A DNA stretch of 27,610 nt, from the IMG/VR virus record IMGVR_UViG_3300033076_000739, positions 1-27,610 of that record; one strand, given 5' to 3'. The DNA comes from a virus. Lineage: Duplodnaviria > Caudoviricetes. Position numbers and translations under genes: made by a program. The notes below the pieces were generated by a model. It was not told the origin of the DNA. It ran no database searches and saw nothing but the letters and a program-made list of their open reading frames with translations. This document shows, one piece after another, positions 18,145 to 27,106 of this stretch. The stretch's first letter is position 1, and each line of letters begins with the position of its first letter.

Positions 18145-21100
18145 TTATCCTGTTGTTGTCACGGTACAACCAACACCGTCTGTTATCGTTTCGGTTATTA
18201 TTGATTGATTATTTATTACTATTCCAGTATAGTAAGAACCTGAATTTGTAAATGTAGCATTGCTAGTAGATGTAAATGCAACAGGTGAACCAGCTATACC
18301 ACCAGAAACTGTAATGTTATGAGTAAACGGAGGTCCAAAAATTAATGTGTTTATACTAGCAGTTAAATTAGATGTTGGCAAAGCAATTTGAGTTTTATTA
18401 ACTGTAATTTCATTGCTGTAACAATCTAAAGTTGATGTATTGCTGAATTTAATTTTAACAGAAGTCGCATTTAACAACAAAGACTTTGCTAACGTAATTG
18501 TAAGCGGAGTTGTTGAATTTGTATAAGTTTGGTCGGCTTGTATCCATGGGCCATTATCTATACTGTATCGTACATATGCAGTATTTCCATTTGTTAAACC
18601 AGCTAAAACATAAAAAGGTATCGTATATATTTGAGAGTTACATTGCTTAGCCATTTCACCAGCAGAGGCTAAACTAATAACCAATTGAGGGTTTGTAGTG
18701 CTAACTGTTGTTGTTAGAATGTGATTTGAACCAGCGGCATCAACAACCGTTGTGTAATATGTTCCAGCAACTAAACCTAGTAAATCTGTTTGTCCTTGAT
18801 TGGTATAGCTATTTGGTCCAGTAGTGTAAATAGTATAAGGTGCCATACCGCCACTAATACCTATATGTATTTGGCCATCATTACCCCCATAACATGTTAC
18901 ATTTTTTGTTGGTTGTGAATGTCTAACATTTAAAACTGTTGGTCCAGAAATGATAAGACCGTTTGTTTCACACATAACACCAGCAGAATCTGTTATCGTC
19001 ATGATATAACCATAATTTACTTCTGCCATTAAACCATTTATAGTTAACGGTGCAATCAAAGTTCCACTTTGAAGAACATCACCATTGTAAGTTTTAAGTT
19101 CGTAAGTATATGGCGCTAAACCACCACCAACACCATAAACAGTGATAGCACCATCTGGTGATGCCGTACTACTAGAGTTTTGTGATACTGCAACATTACA
19201 ATAAAGCGGTGTAGGACCACTCACGTTAAAGGTAGTTGTTTCAGCTAAACCTGTTGAATCTACAATGGTAACGGTATATTGACCTTGAAATAACCCAGTT
19301 AAGTCGACAACTGGTGGAGTAACAGATACACCACCTTGAACATTGTAGCTATTCGGCCCAGTTACGGTATAAGTGTAAGGACCAAAACCACCTAAAACTG
19401 TGAATTCAGCAGAACCAACACCACTATTTGTTGAATCTGGATTTGTTGTTATGTTTATCGCCATTTGTTTTTTTACTTTTGGTTTACATACAGTAAAATA
19501 TCTAGCATTCATTTTGTCTAGAGCTGTTTTACCTGGTATTGTACCAAAATAAAAATAATATGAGTGTTTTGGTTGTAAAAAGACTGAAGCTGAAGAGTTA
19601 TAATAACCTCTAAATTTTAGATAATCAATTCCATTGCTACTAGATGACGTATATATGTAGTCATTTTGTGTATTGTTAATGTTAAAATCAGTGTTAATGT
19701 TAGATGGTAATGAATAAAAATTACTAGAAGAAGTGCCACTATTCAAAACCGTAAAACTATCTCTAAAAGTTCTACCTATTTCAGAAATATCATGTGAACC
19801 CAATGTTTCATCAGCGTCATAAAAAACACCATTTTGTTCGTATAATTCGTCATTATCAACATATATTTCACATGCATGTCTAATGTTCAAACATTGATTG
19901 GCAGTTACAAACAAACCTAAACAATTTATATTAAAGAATAAACCGTCACTTGTTCCACCAGCACCTATCATTCCGCTTTCAGATATGTATGTTATATTCG
20001 TAGTTGGGTCAACGTATGAATCTGAGACATCTGGTGGTAAATTGAATGATGTCGCCATAAGATACGGTTGTAACATAGGAAATCCTTGCCAATCACATTC
20101 AAAAACAGAACCTAAACAAACTAAATCGGTTGCGAATAATTTGTTTACTACATTATGTGTTGTAGCAGCGTAATATAATTCACCTTCAAACTTTTTGATT
20201 AACCCTTCTCTTAAAGAGGTTGATAATGACGAAGATTGATTTAGATTCCCATTATTTAAATCAACACATGTGTCTAATAAATGTGCATTGTTACAATCAT
20301 TACCAACACCAGAGAAATTTGGGTCCCCACTAAAATCATCACAATCAAATTCGCAAAATTTTTCCTTACCTTTCTTTTTCTTTTTGTACTTTAAAAGAAA
20401 ACTATATAATGAACCATTAACCCAATCATTATAAAAATCAAATTTATACATGTTTAAACTTTGAGCTAATTGAAATGAAACACAATCACCTAAACCAACA
20501 CCAATATCTGGTGGTAATCCAGTATGTATTCCATCACCAGGATAATAATTAGGAGTATTTCCATTAGCAGCGGCAGCTGTCCATCCATGACATAAATCAC
20601 ACCCTTCATAACATCCAGGAGCATAAACTTCATCAGCGCATTTTATAGTTATACAACCAACGTAAGGTACTTCATTTATTGGGTCATCTAACCCAGGAAT
20701 TAAATTAAGTATTGAGTTGATGGCACCAATAACTACGTTTAAAGCATTAATTATAAGATTAATACCAAAAATTACATAAATATTTATATACCAAACCAAT
20801 GAAGCAAACAATAAAATGAAAAAACAAAAATATGTAAATATTGGATTCAGATTTGTATCCACTCTGTTATATGGGAATGGAGTTTTATCACCAACACACG
20901 CTTCAACATCTTTTATACCAGTAAACGCTCTATTGTTTACATTTGAATTTCTTTGATATCTAGCTATGAAATTAGAAACGGTGTATATTTTATTCCAATA
21001 CAAATCTTTAAAACTAGTATCTTTTGTTCTAGAATCAAAAGTATAATCTATTTCACCATAATTGTTCGGATTATTTGGTACCAAATATTTGGCTCTAGTT

Positions 21101-22209
21101 CTTAACCTGCCTTCGTTACCAGTTATACCCATTCCTATTCTAAATCTAACACTGGCTTTGGTTGGTATACCTACGTTTGAGTCATTTGACGGTATCAGTT
21201 CACCTTCTTCTGATGTAACAACGTAATCCAAGTTCATAGGTACTTGATAGGCCCAAGTCCCGTCTTCATCAATGACATAACCACCTTCAACGTCAAATTG
21301 TTCAATTGTGCCATCAACAGTTTTTCTAATCATTTCAACTGTACCTTCGGTAGCGATTTGTGAACACAATTCACCTAATTTTCTTCTAGGTCTACAATTT
21401 TTATTAACGCTATCTTTATCTTGGTCACCGAATATACTACCCATAAAAATAGCATTTGGTTCTACATTGTAGTTAAGGTCAATATCAACTCTTGTAATAC
21501 CAATTTCACAATTGTCTGGGTCACCCCAAAATGGTTGAACGTTTACACCAACATTTGAAGTTTTTATTTGAGGTAATTTATCTAAGTTTGTACCCTCTTT
21601 AAATTTTGTAGAACTATAAAAAGTTTTTTCAGACGCACCTTGTCTTATCATGTCGTAAGGTCTCTGAGATAAAAAATCAATGTCTGATAAATCAGCATCT
21701 ACATGTATAACGTGATTTCCAACTGGGACCCCAAAAATCATAAAATCACCAGCATGGTTAGTTGTAGTTGTAAATTTATAATACTTACAATATACTTCCA
21801 TCATGGTATCGTTATCTAATATTTCACGCTTGCTTGGGAAGGTACCAACTGGTGTATAACAGTCATTGTTGGTCTCAAATTCTTTTGATAATAAGTTATA
21901 TCTAACACCGTCAGAATTTTTATCTGTAACTAATTCATATGGGTATAACCCTTTAATTAATGGGTCGTTTTTATCAATATCATCTATAGGTATAAAAACG
22001 CTTACTTTTGCATTAGGCACACCAAAACCACTATTAACAATAACTCTACCAACAATAGTCCCATAATCAGAACAAAACTTTCTGTATGCGTCTTCTTGTG
22101 TTAGTTTTAATGATAATATTTCAATAAAATCAAAATCTTGGTCTATTTTAACTTTTAAGTATCTATCACTACCATTTGGTGTTGTTCTTATTCTTATTGT
22201 ATTTGACAT
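18145..22209 (-). CDS. Large multidomain virion protein: transthyretin/carboxypeptidase-regulatory-like N-domain, hydrophobic segment, C-terminal SprB-like repeats
   Basis: 1354 aa. GTIVGRVI...GVPNAKVSV...TTTTNHAGDFMIFGVPVGNHVIHV is CarboxypepD_reg-like. NVTCYGGNDGQIHIGISGGMAPYT...LLGLVAGTYYTTVVDAAG is a canonical SprB-repeat pattern. Confidence 0.7.
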   Translation of the reverse strand: MSNTIRIRTTPNGSDRYLKVKIDQDFDFIEILSLKLTQEDAYRKFCSDYGTIVGRVIVNSGFGVPNAKVSVFIPIDDIDKNDPLIKGLYPYELVTDKNSDGVRYNLLSKEFETNNDCYTPVGTFPSKREILDNDTMMEVYCKYYKFTTTTNHAGDFMIFGVPVGNHVIHVDADLSDIDFLSQRPYDMIRQGASEKTFYSSTKFKEGTNLDKLPQIKTSNVGVNVQPFWGDPDNCEIGITRVDIDLNYNVEPNAIFMGSIFGDQDKDSVNKNCRPRRKLGELCSQIATEGTVEMIRKTVDGTIEQFDVEGGYVIDEDGTWAYQVPMNLDYVVTSEEGELIPSNDSNVGIPTKASVRFRIGMGITGNEGRLRTRAKYLVPNNPNNYGEIDYTFDSRTKDTSFKDLYWNKIYTVSNFIARYQRNSNVNNRAFTGIKDVEACVGDKTPFPYNRVDTNLNPIFTYFCFFILLFASLVWYINIYVIFGINLIINALNVVIGAINSILNLIPGLDDPINEVPYVGCITIKCADEVYAPGCYEGCDLCHGWTAAAANGNTPNYYPGDGIHTGLPPDIGVGLGDCVSFQLAQSLNMYKFDFYNDWVNGSLYSFLLKYKKKKKGKEKFCEFDCDDFSGDPNFSGVGNDCNNAHLLDTCVDLNNGNLNQSSSLSTSLREGLIKKFEGELYYAATTHNVVNKLFATDLVCLGSVFECDWQGFPMLQPYLMATSFNLPPDVSDSYVDPTTNITYISESGMIGAGGTSDGLFFNINCLGLFVTANQCLNIRHACEIYVDNDELYEQNGVFYDADETLGSHDISEIGRTFRDSFTVLNSGTSSSNFYSLPSNINTDFNINNTQNDYIYTSSSSNGIDYLKFRGYYNSSASVFLQPKHSYYFYFGTIPGKTALDKMNARYFTVCKPKVKKQMAINITTNPDSTNSGVGSAEFTVLGGFGPYTYTVTGPNSYNVQGGVSVTPPVVDLTGLFQGQYTVTIVDSTGLAETTTFNVSGPTPLYCNVAVSQNSSSTASPDGAITVYGVGGGLAPYTYELKTYNGDVLQSGTLIAPLTINGLMAEVNYGYIMTITDSAGVMCETNGLIISGPTVLNVRHSQPTKNVTCYGGNDGQIHIGISGGMAPYTIYTTGPNSYTNQGQTDLLGLVAGTYYTTVVDAAGSNHILTTTVSTTNPQLVISLASAGEMAKQCNSQIYTIPFYVLAGLTNGNTAYVRYSIDNGPWIQADQTYTNSTTPLTITLAKSLLLNATSVKIKFSNTSTLDCYSNEITVNKTQIALPTSNLTASINTLIFGPPFTHNITVSGGIAGSPVAFTSTSNATFTNSGSYYTGIVINNQSIITETITDGVGCTVTTTG

Positions 22210-22219
22210 AAAATATAAA

Positions 22220-22564
22220 TTATTTATTAGTTATATCTTCAGCATCTAAAAGAATAACATCATCTTCAGTTAACGAAAAAAATTCTTCATCATCCAATTC
22301 TTCATCCTCTTCATCATCAATTTTTGTGTTAAAATTTTTAATAATAGACATTAACATTGGTTTCATGTCTATGCTTGAGTTTAATACAATTGTTTTGAAT
22401 AAAAGCCAAACAGAAAAAACAACGATTATCGGTAAAAAAATCAAAGAAATTAAAAAAACTATCGACTTGGTTACGTATTTGAACACATTATTGCTAGACT
22501 TATTAGGTAAATCATTAACCATTTCTCCCATGGCACCAGCACCATTTTTACAATTACAACTCAT
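22220..22564 (-). CDS. Small membrane protein with N-terminal CxC and acidic C-terminus
   Basis: 114 aa. MSCNCK start, hydrophobic SIVFLISLIFLPIIVVFSVWLLF, and a DDEEDEELDDEE tail. Confidence 0.7.
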   Translation of the reverse strand: MSCNCKNGAGAMGEMVNDLPNKSSNNVFKYVTKSIVFLISLIFLPIIVVFSVWLLFKTIVLNSSIDMKPMLMSIIKNFNTKIDDEEDEELDDEEFFSLTEDDVILLDAEDITNK

Positions 22565-22594
22565 TTTATAACATTTTTTAAAGCATTATTTTTA

Positions 22595-22602
22595 CAAATA
22601 TA
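22595..22602 (-). promoter_or_regulatory. TATATTTG, matching the Bacteroidota primary-sigma -7 element TAnnTTTG
   Basis: In the 63-nt intergenic gap, 30 nt upstream of the ATG at 22564. An imperfect -33 element (TTTC) lies 19 nt further upstream. Confidence 0.45.
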
Positions 22603-22627
22603 GCCATTTTATTGGGATAAGGAAACC

Positions 22628-24448
22628 TTATCCCTTAACTCTAATTTTAATATCTGTATTAGGATATTTTATTTCAAACATACTTATTGGGTCACCATAA
22701 AGTGTGTAATCAAAAGAAATATCAACTTGTCTAGTTGTTGCATCCAAATATGGTTGTGAAATTTCATTAACGCTATAACCATTACCAACATTATTGTAAA
22801 CTCTAAGGTCAATAACGTTTAAAACACCAGCAACATTATTTATTGTTTCAACAAGATTTGACAAGTATACGTTTTCACCCATTTGGAAATTGTTTATATC
22901 CATATAGCTTTGAACGGAATTAATTACTTGCGCAGCAATTTGTGATTGTGGTATTTTTTTATCAATATACAAATCAATTTCAAATGATAAATTTATTATT
23001 CTACCATTTGTAACAAAAACATAATCATTTATCATCCTGTAATCAGATAAATAATTAGCAATATTGTTTCTTAATGTACTTGTAGACGTATTATCTAGTT
23101 TACCGTTTGAATCCAATCCCAAAGTATAAATTTGAATTTTGTTTTGTTCTTCAAAAACACCACATCTAAATGGCACACCAAATTCACCAGGCATCAACGC
23201 AATTCTTGATTGATAGTCCTTTACAGTTACACATCTATTTTGAGATGCAAAATTATATCTAACCAAATTTCTGATTTCTTCAACACTAGGTTCATCCTTA
23301 CCACCTAAAGCTGGTAATGGATTGTTAACAGTTAAAGAAGCTTTAACAGCATTATTTATTGAAGCATTGGCACCGTTAACTGTTATATTCAAAAGGCCAA
23401 GACCGTTTATAATACCAGTACCTAAGTTTGTATCAGCACCACCACCAACTCTATATTTAACAAACATGGTAGTATTAGCAGTAGGTGTTTCACCCAATGA
23501 CATATTATTGATAAAATCACCAATTTGATTTACCAATGCTGGGTTAACATTAAAATCACACAAGCTACTAACGTCTTGACTGCCGCTACCAAAGATTAAT
23601 TTGGTAAACCCTAAATCAGTATATTCACGAATAAATTTTCTAGTTGTTTTAACCCATTTTCCTGGTTTTATACCAGCGTTATCACTAATAGTAAAGTTAT
23701 CAGTAATAAAAACTTCACTTTCAGCCAAGGCATCCATTTCATACCATTTTAAATCAGGGTCTAAAAACTGAGATGGGTCTGGATTTCTTGTATAATTAAT
23801 ACCTGGTAGTGCAATGATTGATTCAATAGCAATTACATCACTATCTGGTAATATAATTTGGAAAAAAGGTACAACATCATTAGCTGTTATAGCTCTTTGT
23901 AAAATTTTAGAATAACCGTTAATAACCATTTCACGTTTTACAATGGTATAGTTAGTAAGGTTATTATTAGCATCAAAATTAGGTATGACTAATCTATTCG
24001 GAATACCGCCTACTGTAAATGGGTCACTGAAATCAATGTCATATTTTGTTTCAAATATTTTACCAGCACCAGATACTTGAGAACCAGCGGCAATCAATGG
24101 ACAGTAAGTTACATCAAAACTATCACCAAATGGTGGTACTGTAACTGAAAAGTCTACGATTGTAACGCTTGGGCGTTTTCCTGGTATTTTAAGACCAAAG
24201 GTTCTGGCCATAGATAAAACAGAACTTCTTTGTTGTGCATAATCTATTTGTGTTTCTTGGAACATTCTATCTGTATTGAAAGACAACATGTCCCCAACCG
24301 CAGCATTCAATTCCAAAAGCATCATACCTACAGATGCGTCATTAAAGTCATTAAAAATGTCTGGATAATATTTTTTGACCATGTTAACAAGGTCAGTTCT
24401 TATGTCAGCGAAATTACGTGAAGTGTAATTAATTCCTTGATTTGCCAT
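22628..24448 (-). CDS. Baseplate wedge subunit, T4 gp6 / baseplate J-like
   Basis: 606 aa. INYTSRNFADIRTDL...DFNDASVGMMLLEL N-terminus, plus YRVGGG and GGKDEPSVEEIR...FASQNRCVTVKDY hallmark motifs. Confidence 0.9.
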   Translation of the reverse strand: MANQGINYTSRNFADIRTDLVNMVKKYYPDIFNDFNDASVGMMLLELNAAVGDMLSFNTDRMFQETQIDYAQQRSSVLSMARTFGLKIPGKRPSVTIVDFSVTVPPFGDSFDVTYCPLIAAGSQVSGAGKIFETKYDIDFSDPFTVGGIPNRLVIPNFDANNNLTNYTIVKREMVINGYSKILQRAITANDVVPFFQIILPDSDVIAIESIIALPGINYTRNPDPSQFLDPDLKWYEMDALAESEVFITDNFTISDNAGIKPGKWVKTTRKFIREYTDLGFTKLIFGSGSQDVSSLCDFNVNPALVNQIGDFINNMSLGETPTANTTMFVKYRVGGGADTNLGTGIINGLGLLNITVNGANASINNAVKASLTVNNPLPALGGKDEPSVEEIRNLVRYNFASQNRCVTVKDYQSRIALMPGEFGVPFRCGVFEEQNKIQIYTLGLDSNGKLDNTSTSTLRNNIANYLSDYRMINDYVFVTNGRIINLSFEIDLYIDKKIPQSQIAAQVINSVQSYMDINNFQMGENVYLSNLVETINNVAGVLNVIDLRVYNNVGNGYSVNEISQPYLDATTRQVDISFDYTLYGDPISMFEIKYPNTDIKIRVKG

Positions 24449-24449
24449 A

Positions 24450-24836
24450 TTATATATTTATGATTACAAAGTCTGATGTAACAAAAACACCATCTGTTAT
24501 TGTATAATTTAACGTCACAACAGCGGCATATTCACTTTCAGTTGACTGTTCGACAGTAAAATTAGTTATATCTAAGTTTGGTATATACATTTTTACAGAA
24601 GATTTAATTTCTTCTTGAATTTGACTTAGAGTAAAGTTATCTTCAGGTTCAAATATATACCTAAGTAAATTAGTCCCAAAATTAGGGTTGTATAATCTTT
24701 GACCTCTGATTGTCAAAATTAAATGCATAAGGTCAGCTTTTATAGCTGATGAATCATCTTCATTCAAATCTAAGAAAAATCCTTTACCGCTGTCTTTAAA
24801 AGGGTAATTAATGTTGATGTATTTACCGTTCGCCAT
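24450..24836 (-). CDS. Baseplate wedge subunit gp25-like (sheath initiator)
   Basis: 128 aa. IKADLMHLILTIRGQRLYNPNFGTNLLRYIFEP is the GPW/gp25 family motif. Adjacent to the gp6-like gene. Confidence 0.92.
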   Translation of the reverse strand: MANGKYININYPFKDSGKGFFLDLNEDDSSAIKADLMHLILTIRGQRLYNPNFGTNLLRYIFEPEDNFTLSQIQEEIKSSVKMYIPNLDITNFTVEQSTESEYAAVVTLNYTITDGVFVTSDFVIINI

Positions 24837-24849
24837 AGTGTCGTTTTTA

Positions 24850-24858
24850 CATAAATAT
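24850..24858 (-). promoter_or_regulatory. ATATTTATG motif variant upstream of gp25, first gene of the structural block
   Basis: 13 nt upstream of the ATG at 24836 and just downstream of the terminator, where a new promoter is needed. Confidence 0.5.
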
Positions 24859-24890
24859 AATAGTAAAACATTTTTGTAAGTAAATAAACA

Positions 24891-24924
24891 AATAAAAAAG
24901 GGCCCTTTTGAGGCCCTTTTTATT
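24891..24924 (-). terminator. Rho-independent terminator after nrdA (potentially bidirectional)
   Basis: aataaaaaaGGGCC-cttttga-GGCCCtttttatt: GC stem flanked by A and T tracts, 13 nt past the nrdA stop. Confidence 0.85.
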
Positions 24925-24937
24925 GGTTTTATTAATT

Positions 24938-27094
24938 TTAGCTACTACAGCCAAAACATTCAAATTGACTATCTTTAGGTTTTGGTGGCAACACCGAAAC
25001 TTGATTTGAAGCCAATTTTGTATTAGTTTCTAGCTTAGATTTGGTTCTGGTGTAATAAACTCCAGTTTTTAACCCACCTTTCCAAGCATACATAAGAGCA
25101 CTTGCAATCTTAGCGTATTTGGCATCAGCATGGTAAACATTCAACGATTGTGATTGGTCAACATACTTGTTTCTAATAATAGACAAATCCAATAATGTTC
25201 TTTGTGAAATTTCCCAAACATCTTTGTATCTGAAACGTATTTCTTCAGGGATTTCAACAATATTTTGAACACTACCCTTGTTTTTGATTACTTTGTCAAT
25301 CATTTCTGAATCCCAAAGCTCCAATTCCATCAACTCGTTTACAAGATATTTGTTTACAATCAAGAATTCACCTTGACCTACACGTCTAGTAAATAGGTTT
25401 GAAGTTACTGGTTCAAAAGATTCGAACACACCCAATAAAATAGCTGAAGATGCTGTAGGCATAAGACCCAAGAATAAGCTATTATAAAGTGGGATTGGTT
25501 CACCTTCTGGTCTTGGTGACCATCCTTCAATATAAGTTTCACCTCTAGAATAACGGCTACCTTCCCATGATGGATAATTTTCACCCTTTTCTTCAGCCAT
25601 CTTCATTGATTCGTCAACAGCTGCTTTATACATGGTTTCAAAAATATCGTTGTTCCATTTTCTAGCTTCTTCACTTTCAAAAGAAATTTTCTTTTTAGCA
25701 AAAAAGTCGGCCAAACCAGCTACACCAATAGCCAAAGCTCTTTGGTCCAAACCAGCACTTGAACTCCAATCATCACTCCATTTGTTCTTGCTGATAACTT
25801 CATTCAACCCTCTAACCAAAACTCTGGTAGCTTTATCGATAGATTTAAGCCCACCGTGTTCAGCCAAATTGATTGAACCTAAAGTACATTGTGGGGTATA
25901 GTTAGGTTTTGAAGCTTGGAACACCTCGATACACAAGTTTGATTGTTTGATAGGTCCGATATTGTCTTGCATGTTGCGTTTGTTCGCATTATCTTTGAAC
26001 ATGACGTATGGTCTACCGCTTTCAACTTGTGATTTTACAATAGAGTCAAAAATTTCTTTGGCATTTACCTTCTTACCTAGACCCATTTCAACAGCCTTTT
26101 CATACTCAGCATCAAACTCAGCACCCCAAAGGTCATATAACGGCTTTAAACCAGCTTTTTTAAGGTCATTAGGGCAGAATGTATACCAATCTTCACCTGA
26201 CTCCAATTTCTTCATAAAAAGGTCGTTAATGATAACAGCAGTGAACAAATCACGAGTTCTTAATTGTTCATCACCAATAGGCAATGTCAATTCTAAGAAA
26301 TCAAAAATGTCTTTGTGCCATACTGAAAGATACAAAGCGCAACTTCCAGAACGAGAACCTTGCTTATAGAATCTCATTTTTGATTGAACCATGTCAGCTA
26401 ATCTAATCACACCACCAGCATTGCCTTGGAACGATTCTACTACACTTTCTTTGCTTCTTAACGGGTCAATAAGCATTCCAATACCAGAACCTTCTTTAGA
26501 CGCAGCAGCAATCTTTGTAAGCGTGTTTTCAATACCTTCAAATGAATCTTCTTCTAAGTGAGTTAGATTACAGCTAATCATACCACCACGTTTATCAATA
26601 CCTGCGTTGGTATAAATTGGTGTTGCAAAATTGATGCGTTTAGAAGTTAATTCTTTAATCAATTCTTTTCTAGCCGAGTCGTTATCACCATGAAGATGTT
26701 TAGCCACACGCTCATACATGCATGATGGTAATTCAATAGGTGTTTTGTTAGAATCTCTCATTGAATACTTTTGCAAGAAAGTAGTAGCAGCAAAGAAATC
26801 ATAAGTCATATCAACTGGTTGAAGTTCTTTACCTATCAACTTTGATTGACGGCTTAATAATATACGACCACCCAATAATGAATAGTCTGGGTGTTGAATG
26901 ATTTTATCAGCAGCTTTAAACGCAATGATTTCATCAATTTCTGTTGTTGTGATATTATCACTAATCAACGGTATAACTTCTTGGAATAATGAGTCACAAT
27001 CTACCTTTAACCCAGTAGCTTGTGTTTTTATACGACTCAAAATTTTGTTAGGCATAAAAGCCTGTGTTGTTTTATCTCTTTTTAAAATTCTCAT
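24938..27094 (-). CDS. nrdA: Ribonucleoside-diphosphate reductase class Ia alpha subunit with N-terminal ATP cone
   Basis: 718 aa. ILKRD...KILSRI ATP cone; ISCNL, SNLCIEV (NxCxE), QCTLGS, MPTASS, KTGVYY and C-terminal CFGC motifs. Confidence 0.96.
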   Translation of the reverse strand: MRILKRDKTTQAFMPNKILSRIKTQATGLKVDCDSLFQEVIPLISDNITTTEIDEIIAFKAADKIIQHPDYSLLGGRILLSRQSKLIGKELQPVDMTYDFFAATTFLQKYSMRDSNKTPIELPSCMYERVAKHLHGDNDSARKELIKELTSKRINFATPIYTNAGIDKRGGMISCNLTHLEEDSFEGIENTLTKIAAASKEGSGIGMLIDPLRSKESVVESFQGNAGGVIRLADMVQSKMRFYKQGSRSGSCALYLSVWHKDIFDFLELTLPIGDEQLRTRDLFTAVIINDLFMKKLESGEDWYTFCPNDLKKAGLKPLYDLWGAEFDAEYEKAVEMGLGKKVNAKEIFDSIVKSQVESGRPYVMFKDNANKRNMQDNIGPIKQSNLCIEVFQASKPNYTPQCTLGSINLAEHGGLKSIDKATRVLVRGLNEVISKNKWSDDWSSSAGLDQRALAIGVAGLADFFAKKKISFESEEARKWNNDIFETMYKAAVDESMKMAEEKGENYPSWEGSRYSRGETYIEGWSPRPEGEPIPLYNSLFLGLMPTASSAILLGVFESFEPVTSNLFTRRVGQGEFLIVNKYLVNELMELELWDSEMIDKVIKNKGSVQNIVEIPEEIRFRYKDVWEISQRTLLDLSIIRNKYVDQSQSLNVYHADAKYAKIASALMYAWKGGLKTGVYYTRTKSKLETNTKLASNQVSVLPPKPKDSQFECFGCSS

Positions 27095-27106
27095 GATTTT
27101 TGTTTA

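Noticed and set aside
22628-24836. Bacterial eCIS/tailocin or T6SS interpretation of the gp25 and baseplate J genes
   Set aside because: Flanking nrdAB and RuvC-like genes, a T4 gp6-sized wedge and uniform phage-like organisation favour a lytic phage genome.
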